A stretch of DNA of 63,772 nt, filler included, from Stramenopiles sp. TOSAG23-2 (lineage: Eukaryota): the NCBI GenBank assembly GCA_900128395.1. It is 9 parts of 9 records of this genome, joined end to end, with 100 filler letters (N's around TTAATTAATTAA, not from the genome) between each part and the next. Parts side by side here need not be neighbours in the genome. Positions count along the whole stretch, not along the records: positions 23,079 to 34,497 come from LT649936.1; positions 34,598 to 45,985 come from LT649937.1; 7 more parts are not named here. The stretch is one strand, 5' to 3'. The notes beneath the pieces are model-generated. The model had not been told where the DNA came from. It worked only from the letters and a program-made list of their open reading frames with translations, and searched no databases. The translations under genes and the position numbers were made by a program. This document shows positions 30,052 to 41,900 of the stretch, in pieces; within the stretch, counting starts at the first letter, position 1, and each line of letters begins with the position of its first letter.

Positions 30052-30161
30052 GATGATGAGTAGTATAAGCAGCAACCAACTTTTTATAATATGATGGTCT
30101 TATAGAGGATGATGATTGTCTTGAAACATGATGCAGAAGAAATTGTTTCAACATGATGATG
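29956..30161. repeat. Perfect 103-bp tandem duplication covering the start codon and presequence of the phosphatase-NADK gene
   Basis: 29956-30058 is identical to 30059-30161. Confidence 0.92.
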
Positions 30162-30732
30162 ACTATTAAATTGAAAAAAAAAAATGTTAAAATTAGATAT
30201 ATACGTGATACCAAAAATGTCAAGAAAATATATATTAATATATATAGAGAGATATACATAAATAAGCATCTTCCTTTCTTCCATTATATATATACACACA
30301 CATAGCAATAAAAGTTGTAGATATTTTATGTGTGTTTTTATTTTGTGTTTTTTCTTCGTTTTCGCACATTTTCCGATTTCACCTATCAAATGGCCATAGT
30401 TTACCAGGTATGATAAAAGTTGATGGAGAGGTGGAGAGGTCGTGCACAGATTAGCATATGAATAAGATGAAGTGCTATTTATATACTAAATAGATAAATA
30501 TATTACGATATGTGTGTGTGTGTGAGATTAATATGACGTATGCATATATATTATAAAATCAGGTCTCAACAAACCTGTTTTTCAAGAAGTAAATACTGTA
30601 CGATATGCAACATATGTGTGTATAATATTTAAATTAATATGACGTATGCAGTATGCATATATATACGAGCGCTTCGTATAAAATTTCCTCTCTCTCTCCA
30701 CAATAATACATGTTTTCAATTTTTTCAATTTT

Positions 30733-31561
30733 TTAACCAGCATTTACAAAAGCTATTTGTGTTCTTGATGCATTAATTTTCCAAACATCAATTGCTTCAT
30801 ATTCCTCTAAACAATTTTCAATTTGATCTTGTGTAAATCCTTTCGTTACCAATGTTTTCTCTACGGAAGCATAATTAATAGTAGTTTCACCACGTTCTGT
30901 GGCATAATCACGAATAATGGAATATACTCTAGTTGTGACATCTTCACCTATAAATTCTTCCTCTTCCATTAATGCTGATTTGCACATATGTACTAAACGT
31001 ATCGCCTCTTCTACATCTTCATGGCTTACTGCTTTACTGAAACGTAAACGTGCTAATGCTTGTGCTAAACGTAATATCGATAATAATTGACGTGCTGTCA
31101 TGACACTTTGTTGACCTGCATCACGTGCATTTTCCGCATCTCGTGCTCTCATATCGACATATGCTTGTACGATGTATGATGTTAATGCAGGTGGTATAGA
31201 TGGTTGTAATTTCCGTGCTTGGGAGATATATGCACGTATGAATTTGGAACTTAAAGGTTCAAAATCTAATTCTGGGTGCATACTATTTTGATGTACATAT
31301 GTTACATGCCGTGCTAATGACATGTCGGAATCCATATCTGCTTTATCCAAAATTAAAAACAATAAATCAAAACGTGACAACAATGCAGCAGGTAGATTAA
31401 TATTTTCACTAGGTGTTTTACGTCGATTGTACCTACCATACAATGGATTTGCTGCTGCTAAAATGGCAGTACGTGCATTTAACGTCGTCGTAATCCCTGC
31501 TTTTGCAATGGATACCGTTTGCTGTTCCATAACCTCGTGAATAGCGGTACGATCGCCATCT

Positions 31562-31593
<32 letters not shown>

Positions 31594-33009
31594 ACCCATA
31601 TCTGCTAATACCAATGCACCACCTTCTAATGCCATTTCCCCTGTAACAGGATCTTTGCAGATAGCTGCGGTTAAACCTACACCACTACTACCTTTACCAG
31701 TAGTATATACACATCGTGGTGCAACTTGACAAATATGTTTTAATAATTGTGATTTTGCAACTCCTGGATCTCCCATTAATAATACATTAATATCCCCACG
31801 AATTTTCATTCCATCTCTCATTTCTTTCGTCACACCACCAACTAATTGCAATAACAATGCTTTTTTAATATCCTCATGTCCAAAAATTTCAGGTGCTAAT
31901 GAACGTGACAATTTGGAATAAATATTCGGATCCTCCGATGCTGCTTCGACTAATTCTTTCATTTCCTCCGTCAATTGAAAATCATCGTAACTTTTTTTAT
32001 CTAAATCAATATCCATCGCTTCCAAATACGTATCTGCAATTAAACCGGCGCGTATGGCACGGACACCAGTAAATGGTGTTGGTAAAAATATACCACTAAT
32101 CGTGGTTACCTCTCCAGCATTTACTTTACGGGTTAAATCCCCTCTTGCTATTACGGTCATGCTGCGTGGAATATGACCAACTGGAACTTGATTTGGTAAT
32201 TCTTGAATTTTAATTTCTTGATAACGTACAAATTTAGATCCACGTGTTTGCATATATAATTTACCACTTGAATTATTTGCTTGGCATTCTTGTGAAGGAC
32301 ACATGGCACATGGCATGAAATGTTTACCAATCACTTCTTGATAAATTTCATAACCACAACTATCACACGTATACGTAGCAATTGATACCATCGGTTTGAC
32401 GCCTGATACGCGGGTTACAATACCTTTAATACGCACACTACTTCCTATTTGGCTAGCACTTAATTTTCGTAAAGAAACTGCACTTGTTTTAAAAGGTGGG
32501 ATAACATTTAACTCATATCTACGTGTTAATTCCGGTGGAAAACTTGGTCGTTGATTTTGTTGATTGCCGACACCACCGTTTAATCCATCCATTTGTTGCT
32601 GGTTCAATTCTGCTTGAACACGCGTTGCTTGCAATGTATCAAATACATCTTCCACGATATCAATCCCGTCGCTAGGTTCCATACCAACCATTAATTCATC
32701 AATAGCATTTTTAAATACTTCCAAATAACGATGTGTATTTCGTTGAATTTTATCAACAAACTCTGCATCACCAGTATACGTCATAACATCATCTAATTCA
32801 ACTATCACACGTTTCCGCCTTCGATCTGCAACGTCTTGCAACATATTCATATATTTATGTATATGCGTATCTGAAGTAATATATTTTTCCAAAAATTCCA
32901 CTGCCCTGTTTTTATCATCGTCATAATCAATAGTATTCCCAATACCACTACGATTTTGATTATCCCCTGGATTGCCTAAATCCAAGTCTAAATCTCCAAA
33001 TGCATCCAT
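30733..33009 (-). CDS. MCM7: DNA replication licensing factor MCM7
   Basis: PPELTRRYE, Zn finger YTCDSCG...CPSQEC, QVPVGHIPR, Walker A MGDPGVAKSQ, IDEFDKM, SRFD. Confidence 0.97.
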
Positions 33010-33706
33010 TGTTCTATATTATTGTTCTAATAATAACACTACTACTAATTATTATTATTATCGTTGTTGTTGTTGACAATGGACAATATTACAATATATA
33101 TATATTGAACTAATTTGATATTATTTTGGTTCGTATTGATTCTGTTGTTTGTTCAATTATACCACTTTTGTGTATATTTTCTATGTTGTTTGTTTTAACA
33201 AATTTGAAATTGATATTCAAAACAGAACGCGAAATATGACTTAATTGGACGATTTCCATGTTATGAATAGGGTTATGTTTTGACGCAAAGAACATCGTAT
33301 ATCATTGATAACATTGTATATATAGATTATGATGAGACGTAAAAATTATAATATAAGGAAGTTTTCGAAGATATTTGTTTTTGTGGGAAATTTGGATGAA
33401 TGTGTTTACAGGTAAATAGCATTATTGCCGATATCCACCTTGGGTAACAGGTAAATAGCACCAATTAATACTTTTAATAGGAGAATAGCATTGGATATAG
33501 GAGTATTGTCTTTTTAATTAAAACTAACATTATCGGGTATTTGTTTGGTTTGATATTGTTAATGCAGTTAAAAATATCTATTTTTCCCTTCTAAATTTAC
33601 GTAAATATTTGTTTCATTTCTTCATTTCTTTCATTTATTGAATTTATACTAAATAGAATATCATATCAAAATTTAATGTGTTATTTTTTTTGGATATAAA
33701 AATACC

Positions 33707-34047
33707 ATAGTAGGTGAAAAAGCTACTCCTTCATAAAGTTGTAAGTCACATCCTTTAATTAAGCTGTATTGTTTTATATCATTATTGAACTTAACTTTCC
33801 ATTTTCTGTCCAGACCAAAATTTTTTTGCTTGTCTTTCAGCGTTGTTCTCCTTCTTCAAAGTGTTCTCCAGAATGCTGTTCACTTCCTTCTTCGTAGGTA
33901 ATACTTTCGTCCCCCTTTTCTTAGCATTATTCTTCTTGTGTTTGTTTTCACTCTTCTTATTTTCATTACTTTTCTCCTCGGCGTCAGCATCACTATCATC
34001 ATTTCTTAATGCATTATTAACTGCGTCCTTTCCATCATGTGTCCAAT
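33707..34047 (-). CDS. Probable internal exon of an unidentified spliced gene
   Basis: About 110 open codons on the minus strand (DWTHDGKDAVNNALRNDD...YEGVAFSPT), bounded by an ATTACAG acceptor-like site and a GTATTT donor-like site. No motif recognised. Confidence 0.35.
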
Positions 34048-34370
34048 CTGTAATCTATATTATATATGATGGTATGCACATGCTATATTATATTGATCAT
34101 ATGAATCCAAAATGATTTTTCGTGTTTTTTTTCACTCAACAATAAAATCATAATACCTGGTTGTATGTTGATACTATTTTATACCTTACTGTTTGTGTCT
34201 TACACCACACGGAATATCAAATAAACCTTCCTTTCACGTAGTCTTTTCATAGGCATTAAAGGGTGAAAAGTACAGTACAAATTGTCATAGGTAAATAAAG
34301 GCTAATTTGCTAATTTGTAACTGACGACTGACGAAGAAGAGCACAAGTACTACGCAGTGCTATACCCTCT

Positions 34371-34410
34371 AATACATGCAAAAAATGTACAATACATGCA
34401 AAAAATGTAC
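34371..34410. repeat. 20-bp tandem duplication
   Basis: AATACATGCAAAAAATGTAC x2. Confidence 0.9.
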
Positions 34411-34497
34411 ACTTAATAAAATAACAAAATAACACTATTCACTATAGGAAATATGTAAATATCGTTTTCTAAAATGCCAATTTTATTTTTCATATAT

Positions 34498-34597
34498 NNN
34501 NNNNNNNNNNNNNNNNNNNNNNNNNNNNNNNNNNNNNNNNNTTAATTAATTAANNNNNNNNNNNNNNNNNNNNNNNNNNNNNNNNNNNNNNNNNNNN
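34498..34597. other. Artificial contig linker
   Basis: N44-TTAATTAATTAA-N44. Confidence 0.98.
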
Positions 34598-34898
34598 AAA
34601 TCAATTGTTTGGTTATCTGCATCTGTATTAGGGACGAACGCTTTCGTTTCTTTTTTTTCAACCGGCGTTGTTGAATTCAACACGATTTCTTTTGATGGAA
34701 ATTGTTTTTTAGGCGATGGTGACTTTGGTAATTTACCAATGCATAAATTTAAAAATGTAGCTATTTTTGAAGGTATTCGCCCTTGAAGCCACATCAAGCA
34801 ATTTTGAAAGGAAAATTCCATCCTCCACTTCGTAATACGATTATTAGTCGTATTATTAATATTGTTGTTGTTGTTGTTGTTGTTGTTGTTAATCCCAT

Positions 34899-34930
<32 letters not shown>

Positions 34931-35475
34931 TTAGTACTATCATTATTAATTTTGCCACTATCGAAGTTACTGTTTCGAGGAATGTATTCAACACTTACAA
35001 AACAAACAAAATTACCGTAGTCAAATTGAGAAACTCTTTCAATTTTTCCAAGATAGTCCATATTTTTTTTATCGCCTCGTTTCCTAATCATCCTTCCTAC
35101 CATCTCTTCATTGCAAAGAGACAAAAATTTATCCTCATTTTTATTTAGCCAAGAATCTTCATAAAGAATTTGAAATGGCAATTTCTCACCAACAATAGCT
35201 TTAATTCCAGTTGGAACAGGCTCAACCAATGCCATTAATATTTTTCGAAATGGATTCCATTCTTCAGACCCATCTGTGTATACTACTCTACATTCAATAC
35301 GTTTTAAAGGAATATATCTCGTTTCAAGTATTGTTCCTATCCATTGACCGAAACCCGGGAAATTTTTTTTTATGTGTAAATTTTGCAATGAACCTATTCC
35401 TTTGAGTTTTTCTATATACTCACCATTTGCAATTAAAAAGTATTCTTTATCGACAAAAGGGTATGCAATTGCCAT
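34598..35475 (-). CDS. Hypothetical protein, 3' truncated by a gap; two possible Tudor/SH3-like beta segments
   Basis: ATG-initiated ORF running into the gap. IKKNFPGFGQWIGTI...VVYTDGSEEW resembles Tudor-like folds. Poly-S and poly-N tracts. Confidence 0.6.
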
Positions 35476-36183
35476 GATTTATTATCGGTTCCTCTCTTTA
35501 TCTCTCTGTGTCTGTCTGCCTTGTAATATCTGCTCAAAACTTTGTTATACATATCTGCTCACAACTTGTTATATCTATTTATCCAGGGGGTAGGGGTATC
35601 TTTATATATTCACATAAAATTATTGGTTGTGGTGTGTGGGGTGGTGATGGTGGATGGTGGTTTAAGTTAAAGTATACAGTAGGTATAGTATAGCTAGTTC
35701 AGATGATAGCTATAATTTTAGAATAATATGGAAATAGCATTAGCCCACAAAAAAAATATATGGTAAAATACGCCACATTAAACATTTTCCGAGAATATGC
35801 CGTAAATGTGCAAATGTTACACAGCAAGTGTTATTCATCTTTTTTCCTGAAGATTGAATGCAACACCGTACCATCTAGATACAATGTGTATAAGGTTTAT
35901 GGTAAACTTTCGTATTTATGGGTTTTCTGCTATAAGTGTGCGCCGCGAGAGCTCTTTTTCTATCAATTTTTTTTTTAATTTGCACATTTATTGAATTTAT
36001 TTTTGTTGTTGTTATGAAAAATAAATAAAAATATCCGATAATAATATTTACATGTTGTGAAAAAAAAAATAATTGTAAAGAAGAGATGACACATCATGAT
36101 GTGGGATAAATACGAAAAGAAAGAACAAAGAATATGATTTCTCCTTTTATATTCTTTATTTATTAATTGCATAAAGTAAAAAA

Positions 36184-36793
36184 ATGAGCCGTCCATTAAC
36201 TGCATTAGCTGCAATAACACGATTAAATATCATAGAGAGAAAAAAAAAAGAAGTGTTAAATAATAATGATGTAAAACAAAATATTCATATATGTATACAT
36301 TTATTAGGATGTGATGTAATAGGTGAAGGCACAACGCCAAAGGAAACATATTGCATTTTTCGTCCTTTGCTATCAGAACTTCATAAAATTTTTGAAAACG
36401 AGATATTAAAAGTTACTTTATTATTAAATGGCGTTAACTTTAATATGGAAGAAAAATCTTTAAATATTACTATTGAAGATGTAGTAGAAGAAACGGAAAA
36501 GCACGAAGCAAAATTAGAATGTGAAACTTTAACACTTGTATATTGCCCTGGATTATATCACTTATCTGAATTAGCAAAATCATACCCGCCAGACCTATTG
36601 TTAGCTTTTAATGCTGGTATATGGGGTTATGATGATTGGATACCAACATTGAAATATATTTTATTAGATCAATCATCTAAATTGAATAATGTACCATTTG
36701 TAATTACTAGTTATAATAAATTAGAAGCGGAGGATGATGAAGATGTTTTGTTGAGATTATTAAAAATAGAAAATGATGAAGTATATGAAGGGG

Positions 36794-36824
<31 letters not shown>

Positions 36825-36987
36825 TATTGGTATAAATGTTGATGTGGATAAATATTGTATATGGTCTGTTGAAGAAAATGAACATGCTGATCAAAGTACA
36901 AAACGACCTAGCACACACGAAGGAGAATTTTTGACTGATAATGCATATTGGATGTGTTTCATTGGATGTCGAGCAAGGAAGGATTAA
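36184..36987 (+). CDS. MSS51/ZMYND15 C-terminal-domain-like protein, without a MYND finger
   Basis: IHLLG, GLYH...PDLLLAFNAGIWGYDDWIPTL, PFVITSYNKLEAEDD. Confidence 0.65.
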
Positions 36988-37206
36988 AGAAAAAAACTGT
37001 TGGTAAAAAATAATAAAACTATCATAGACGAAGTATGATATGATAAATACATTTTACGAACCCGTCGTATATTGATTTTGATGTTTTTACGTAAATATTC
37101 ATACAGTGTCTCTATCAAAAATAGACTGCATATATAAAAAAATTATTTATTTCTCTTTTCTTCCGTACGCAGCACGCAGCAGCGTGGAATTATCTCCCGC
37201 TCAAGA

Positions 37207-38070
37207 TCAAAGATCAGCTCTCTCCATAGTTTTTTGCCTTTTCAAATTTAAATATTCGAAACTATCATCCACAACTTTATCATGCCATGGCAATAAATGT
37301 TTCATACCACTACAATTACTACCACTATTTGCAAATGATTTTGTAAAATTACATGGTTTCACAACTAACTCATGAAGGTGATTATCAATGCATTGTAACA
37401 ACTTTTTCCCAACAAATTCATTTCCTTCCGTACTAAAATGCAATCCATCATTAAAAAATGTTTTCCAATTTGGTTCATTTAAAAATAATTGAAATAGATC
37501 AAGAACTGGAATTTTATATTTTTTTCCAATTGAAATTACTATATCACGATACAATTTTGTGACAGGATTTCTTCGTTGGGCAATACCTGTAGCACCTTCT
37601 TTACCATATCGTTCAATTTGAAACCTTAAACGTGCATCGACATCAATTGGCGGTGGTGCAATTAATATTATTTTTAATTCATCACCATACATATTGTTTA
37701 AAAAATTAATAATTGCTTCAATATTTTGACCATACAAATGCAAAGGAACGTGATGTCTTGGATTTAATTCTTTAATACAACTATCATTTGCACCGAAAAA
37801 AATGGTGACTAATTTAACACGATCACTTTTTACAAATACATGGGGTAATGCTGGTACAGCCCATCTGGTAGTATAGCCACTAAAACCACGATTTACTACA
37901 TCTGCTCTACGTGCAAATCGGTGGGTTACATAACATCCAAAGCCTTTTTTCTCCGGGTCAAAACTACCTTGTGTAATTGAATCACCAAATAATATAATTT
38001 TTGGAATTTTCATTGAATATGTATATCCCCTATCATCATTGTTTGTGGTCGATATTATTGTTTTACTCAT
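37207..38070 (-). CDS. IAH1: SGNH/GDSL esterase, isoamyl acetate-hydrolysing esterase-like
   Basis: LFGDSIT, VNRGFSGYTTRW, FFGANDS, DGLH. First ATG is at 38070; the ORF-track start is TTG. Confidence 0.88.
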   Translation of the reverse strand: MSKTIISTTNNDDRGYTYSMKIPKIILFGDSITQGSFDPEKKGFGCYVTHRFARRADVVNRGFSGYTTRWAVPALPHVFVKSDRVKLVTIFFGANDSCIKELNPRHHVPLHLYGQNIEAIINFLNNMYGDELKIILIAPPPIDVDARLRFQIERYGKEGATGIAQRRNPVTKLYRDIVISIGKKYKIPVLDLFQLFLNEPNWKTFFNDGLHFSTEGNEFVGKKLLQCIDNHLHELVVKPCNFTKSFANSGSNCSGMKHLLPWHDKVVDDSFEYLNLKRQKTMERADL

Positions 38071-38802
38071 TTTATATATTTTTGCATCCAATAATTATTG
38101 TTCATATGTACAATTGATTTTCATATCTTACTGAAAAGCATAATATGTGTAATAGACATCTGCAATATATAAATATAAAAACATTTTTTATTTTTTAGAT
38201 CAATATAAATATACAGTAAATAAAATAATAAAAAATCATCATCAAAAAAAAAAAAAAAAAAGAAGATGAAAAAAACCAAAAAAAGTGCAAACCTAAAAAT
38301 ATTATTAAAAAAATAATTGTAAAATACCTTAACCTCTTGCAACATTTTGATAGGGGACATTTGCAAAATTAACATTCATAAAATACGCCCTACTACTACG
38401 GTCCGATTACGCTAGACTATAAGTGCGTAGGGGTACAACGATACAACGATGGAACAATTTCTTAATGTCAAATTACCATATACTAAGAAGTATAAACATC
38501 TTGAATTGAGAATTCTCACATCATCAATTTGGGCATTTGGTTCTTCTACTAGTGCACTACCTATTTTTACAGTTATAATATATCTATCCGGATTATTGAT
38601 GAAAGGTATAAATATACAAGAATAAAACAATTTGTCTAAGGATATACCAAGAGCAACAAATTCGTATATATATATATATATACATACATATAGTTTCTTA
38701 TATTCAAATAGAGAACATTGAAGACCAGGAATATATACGCACATACAAAATATATATAGCTTGATATATAGATAGATAGATATATATTGTATATATACCA
38801 AA

Positions 38803-38862
38803 ATGGATGATGCAGATGCAGCATATGAGTCCTTGAAATGGGCGAAAGAAATGTATCATAAA

Positions 38863-38903
<41 letters not shown>

Positions 38904-41900
38904 TAATAATAACGATAGCGATATAAGTGACTATGGGGAAGATGTTGATAATGTCGATATAATGAATGATGTTACTATAGATTTTAACAATAATGAAGAT
39001 ATGAATAGTGTTGATAATGGAACCATTGGTATGAATGATTTAGATAATTTAGTATCTCCCAACTCTATGGTTGCTTCTGGTGGATTTAGAGGTGACCAAA
39101 CCGTAAAACTTGCCGAGTTAGAACAGCGCTTAAAAATCGCAAACGAACGCGCAGAAAGATGGAGGCAACAAGCTGAAAAACTAGATTCAAGTGGCGTTTT
39201 AGATCCTATACGTCGCGCCTCTGACGTCGAGCGCTACCAAGCCCAAGTAAAAACATTGAGGAAGGAATTATGGGCGGCAAGGAAAGAAACGGAGGATTGG
39301 AAATTAAAAGAAGCCTCTGGAAGAGCAGAAATTGTTGCCTTGCGCTCTGCAAATAGTCGTTTAAAATCGAGATTAAAAGAAGCAGAAAATTTACAAGATA
39401 TTGTATCTAAAAGCTCCGATAGTAGTAAAAATGAGAAAGTAGAAGAGTTGACAGTTGCATTGGAAATTGCAAAACGTGAATTGACACGAGCTGACGATGA
39501 AATTGCGGACTTACGCATGGTATCCATTAAAGGTGATTCAGAAACAACAAGTTTAAAAGAAAAAATCAAAGCATTAGAAAATGAAAATATTAAATTAGAA
39601 AAACGGTTACAAGATGAATTAAATGATATTCGTCGTAATAATAACAATATAAACAATAGAAGAATGAGACACCAACCACAAAGTAATAATTATATCCCAG
39701 ATTCAGATGATGATGATTTAGACTCGGATGAAGATAGAAGTGTTGGTGCAACTACATTTAGTCGACAAATGAATAATAATAACAATAATAACGGGATGTA
39801 TGGCAGTCCAATGTCAAATAATAGGAATAGAGCACAACCAACTTCCCCTGTCGATAATGTTATCAAATCAATTCCAGAGCAAGTTGCAATTCGATTGCGT
39901 CGAGCGGCACAATTGAATCAAGAATTGCAACAGCGTATGTTTGCAGCAGAGGAAGAAGTCGAACGTTTGAAACAATTAGAGGATGGTCGATTTGAAAATT
40001 TAGAAGAAGAAAATAGATTGTTACAACGGAAAATCAATGATTTGAAAGAGGAAGTTGTTACACATCAAAATTCCTTGATTGCTGCTGATGCAGATTATCA
40101 AGAATTAAAAGCTATGCATGCTACAGAAGTAGCAGAATTGAAAAAGGAGCACACGGCAGTAGCAACGACATTGGCAATATTATCAAAAGATACTAAAGAA
40201 GTAGAAAGGTTAAAGGCAAAAAAAGTAGCTGCTGAAAAGGCGGAGAAAGATGCAAAAGCAAAATTGGCAAGTGAGCGCAAACGGCAAGTGTCGGCACAAG
40301 ATGCATTTGAACAGGAACAAGCTGCGGAGACGAAAGTTAGGGAAGAAGCGGCTTTAGTGGAACAAGCTAAACGGATACAAGACCAACACAGAAAACAAAT
40401 GGAAGAAGCGTTGAAAAAAAAAGAGGAAGAATTAAAGAAATTTTTGGAATTAGAAATGGCAGAGTTAAATAAAGAACGTGCTGCGCAGCAAAAAGCAAAG
40501 GAAGAAGCAGAACGATTACTGATGGAATCGCAAAAAGAATTAAGAAATATGGAAGGGGATGCTGAAAAAATGAAACGGGAGCATGATGAAGCTATGGAAG
40601 AACGATTAGCAGAAGAGCAACGCATGGCCGAAGCAATAGTAGAACAAGAACGTGCGAAAGCGGAGGAAGCAGCAAAAGTACATATTGAAGAACAAAAATT
40701 ATTGTGGGAGGAAAAATTGAAACTAACTGAAGATCGTTTAGCTAGGCAACATGAAATGGAGGTAAATACAATTAATAGCTTAGCAAATGAAAATGAAGAA
40801 CAAGTCAAAGCGATGAAATTAGAAATGGAAAGAATGCAAGTTGAACATAAAGAAAAAACAATAGCAGAAGAGCGAGAACGAGAGAGAAAACAAAGGGAAT
40901 GGGAGGAAATGGAATTTAAAAAGAAACGTGAACAAGAAAATGAATTATTCGAAATGGAAAAAGCAATGCGTAAAGCTAAGTTAGAACATGATGAAATGCT
41001 AGAAAAGGCTAAAAAAAAGAGCAGCAAAAAGGTAAAGGAAGCATTGAAAAAACAAGAGGCAGAAATGAAACGGCAAAAACAATTGCACGATGAAAAACAA
41101 CGTAAATTACAATTAGATTTGGAAGGGGATAAGAAAAAGCACGAGGCGGAATTGAAAAAACACGCCGAGGATGTAAAACGAAAGGAAGAATCATATCAAA
41201 GAGAATTAGAACAGCAAAAGAAACGTACGGAACAAATAAAACGAGAAAATGAATTAAAATTGCAAAAAGAGAAAGAATTAGCAGAAAAGCATGCTAGGCA
41301 ACAAAAGGAGGAAATAGCCAAAGCAAAAAAACTCCATGATGATAAATTAAAAGAAGCTAAATCGACATATGAAAATGAAATGAAAGATGCGAAGAAAATG
41401 CATGATCAGCACATGGAAAATACGCACAAACAGCTTGCGGCATCTTCTAGTGTTATTCATATATTAAACAAACGACAAGAAAAGAAAAAACGCAATGTTT
41501 TAAAATTTGCACATTCATGGAAAGGTAAGGCAGGGAAAAAAGGTGCGGAAAGAAAGGCAGAAGATGACATCCAAGAACGTGCTCGACAACATAGGGAAGA
41601 ATTGAAAAAAATGGGGCAAGATTTAGAGAAAAAAGTTGCAATGCAAAAAAAAAGTATAGAAGAGTTTGAAAAAAGAAGTGAAGAGGAATTTAAACGTAAA
41701 TTGCGTCAGCATGAAGAGGAATTAAAACGCAAGGAAGAGTTTCAAGAGCGTGAATTGAAAAAACGACAAAAAGAACACGAGGAACTAATGCGAGAAGCAA
41801 AATCACAACATAGCAAAGAGCTAGAACGACAATTACAAGACAATGAAAGGAAGGTCAAACAGGCGCAACGATTACTAGACGAGAAACACAAGGCACACGA

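Noticed and set aside
29956-30161. CRISPR-like or regularly spaced repeat array
   Set aside because: This is a two-copy tandem duplication with no spacers; I saw no CRISPR array, cas gene, tRNA or rRNA in the window.
34861-34930. (TTG)n/(ACT)n and other trinucleotide runs
   Set aside because: They are ordinary poly-N/S/T coding microsatellites, common throughout this AT-rich genome.
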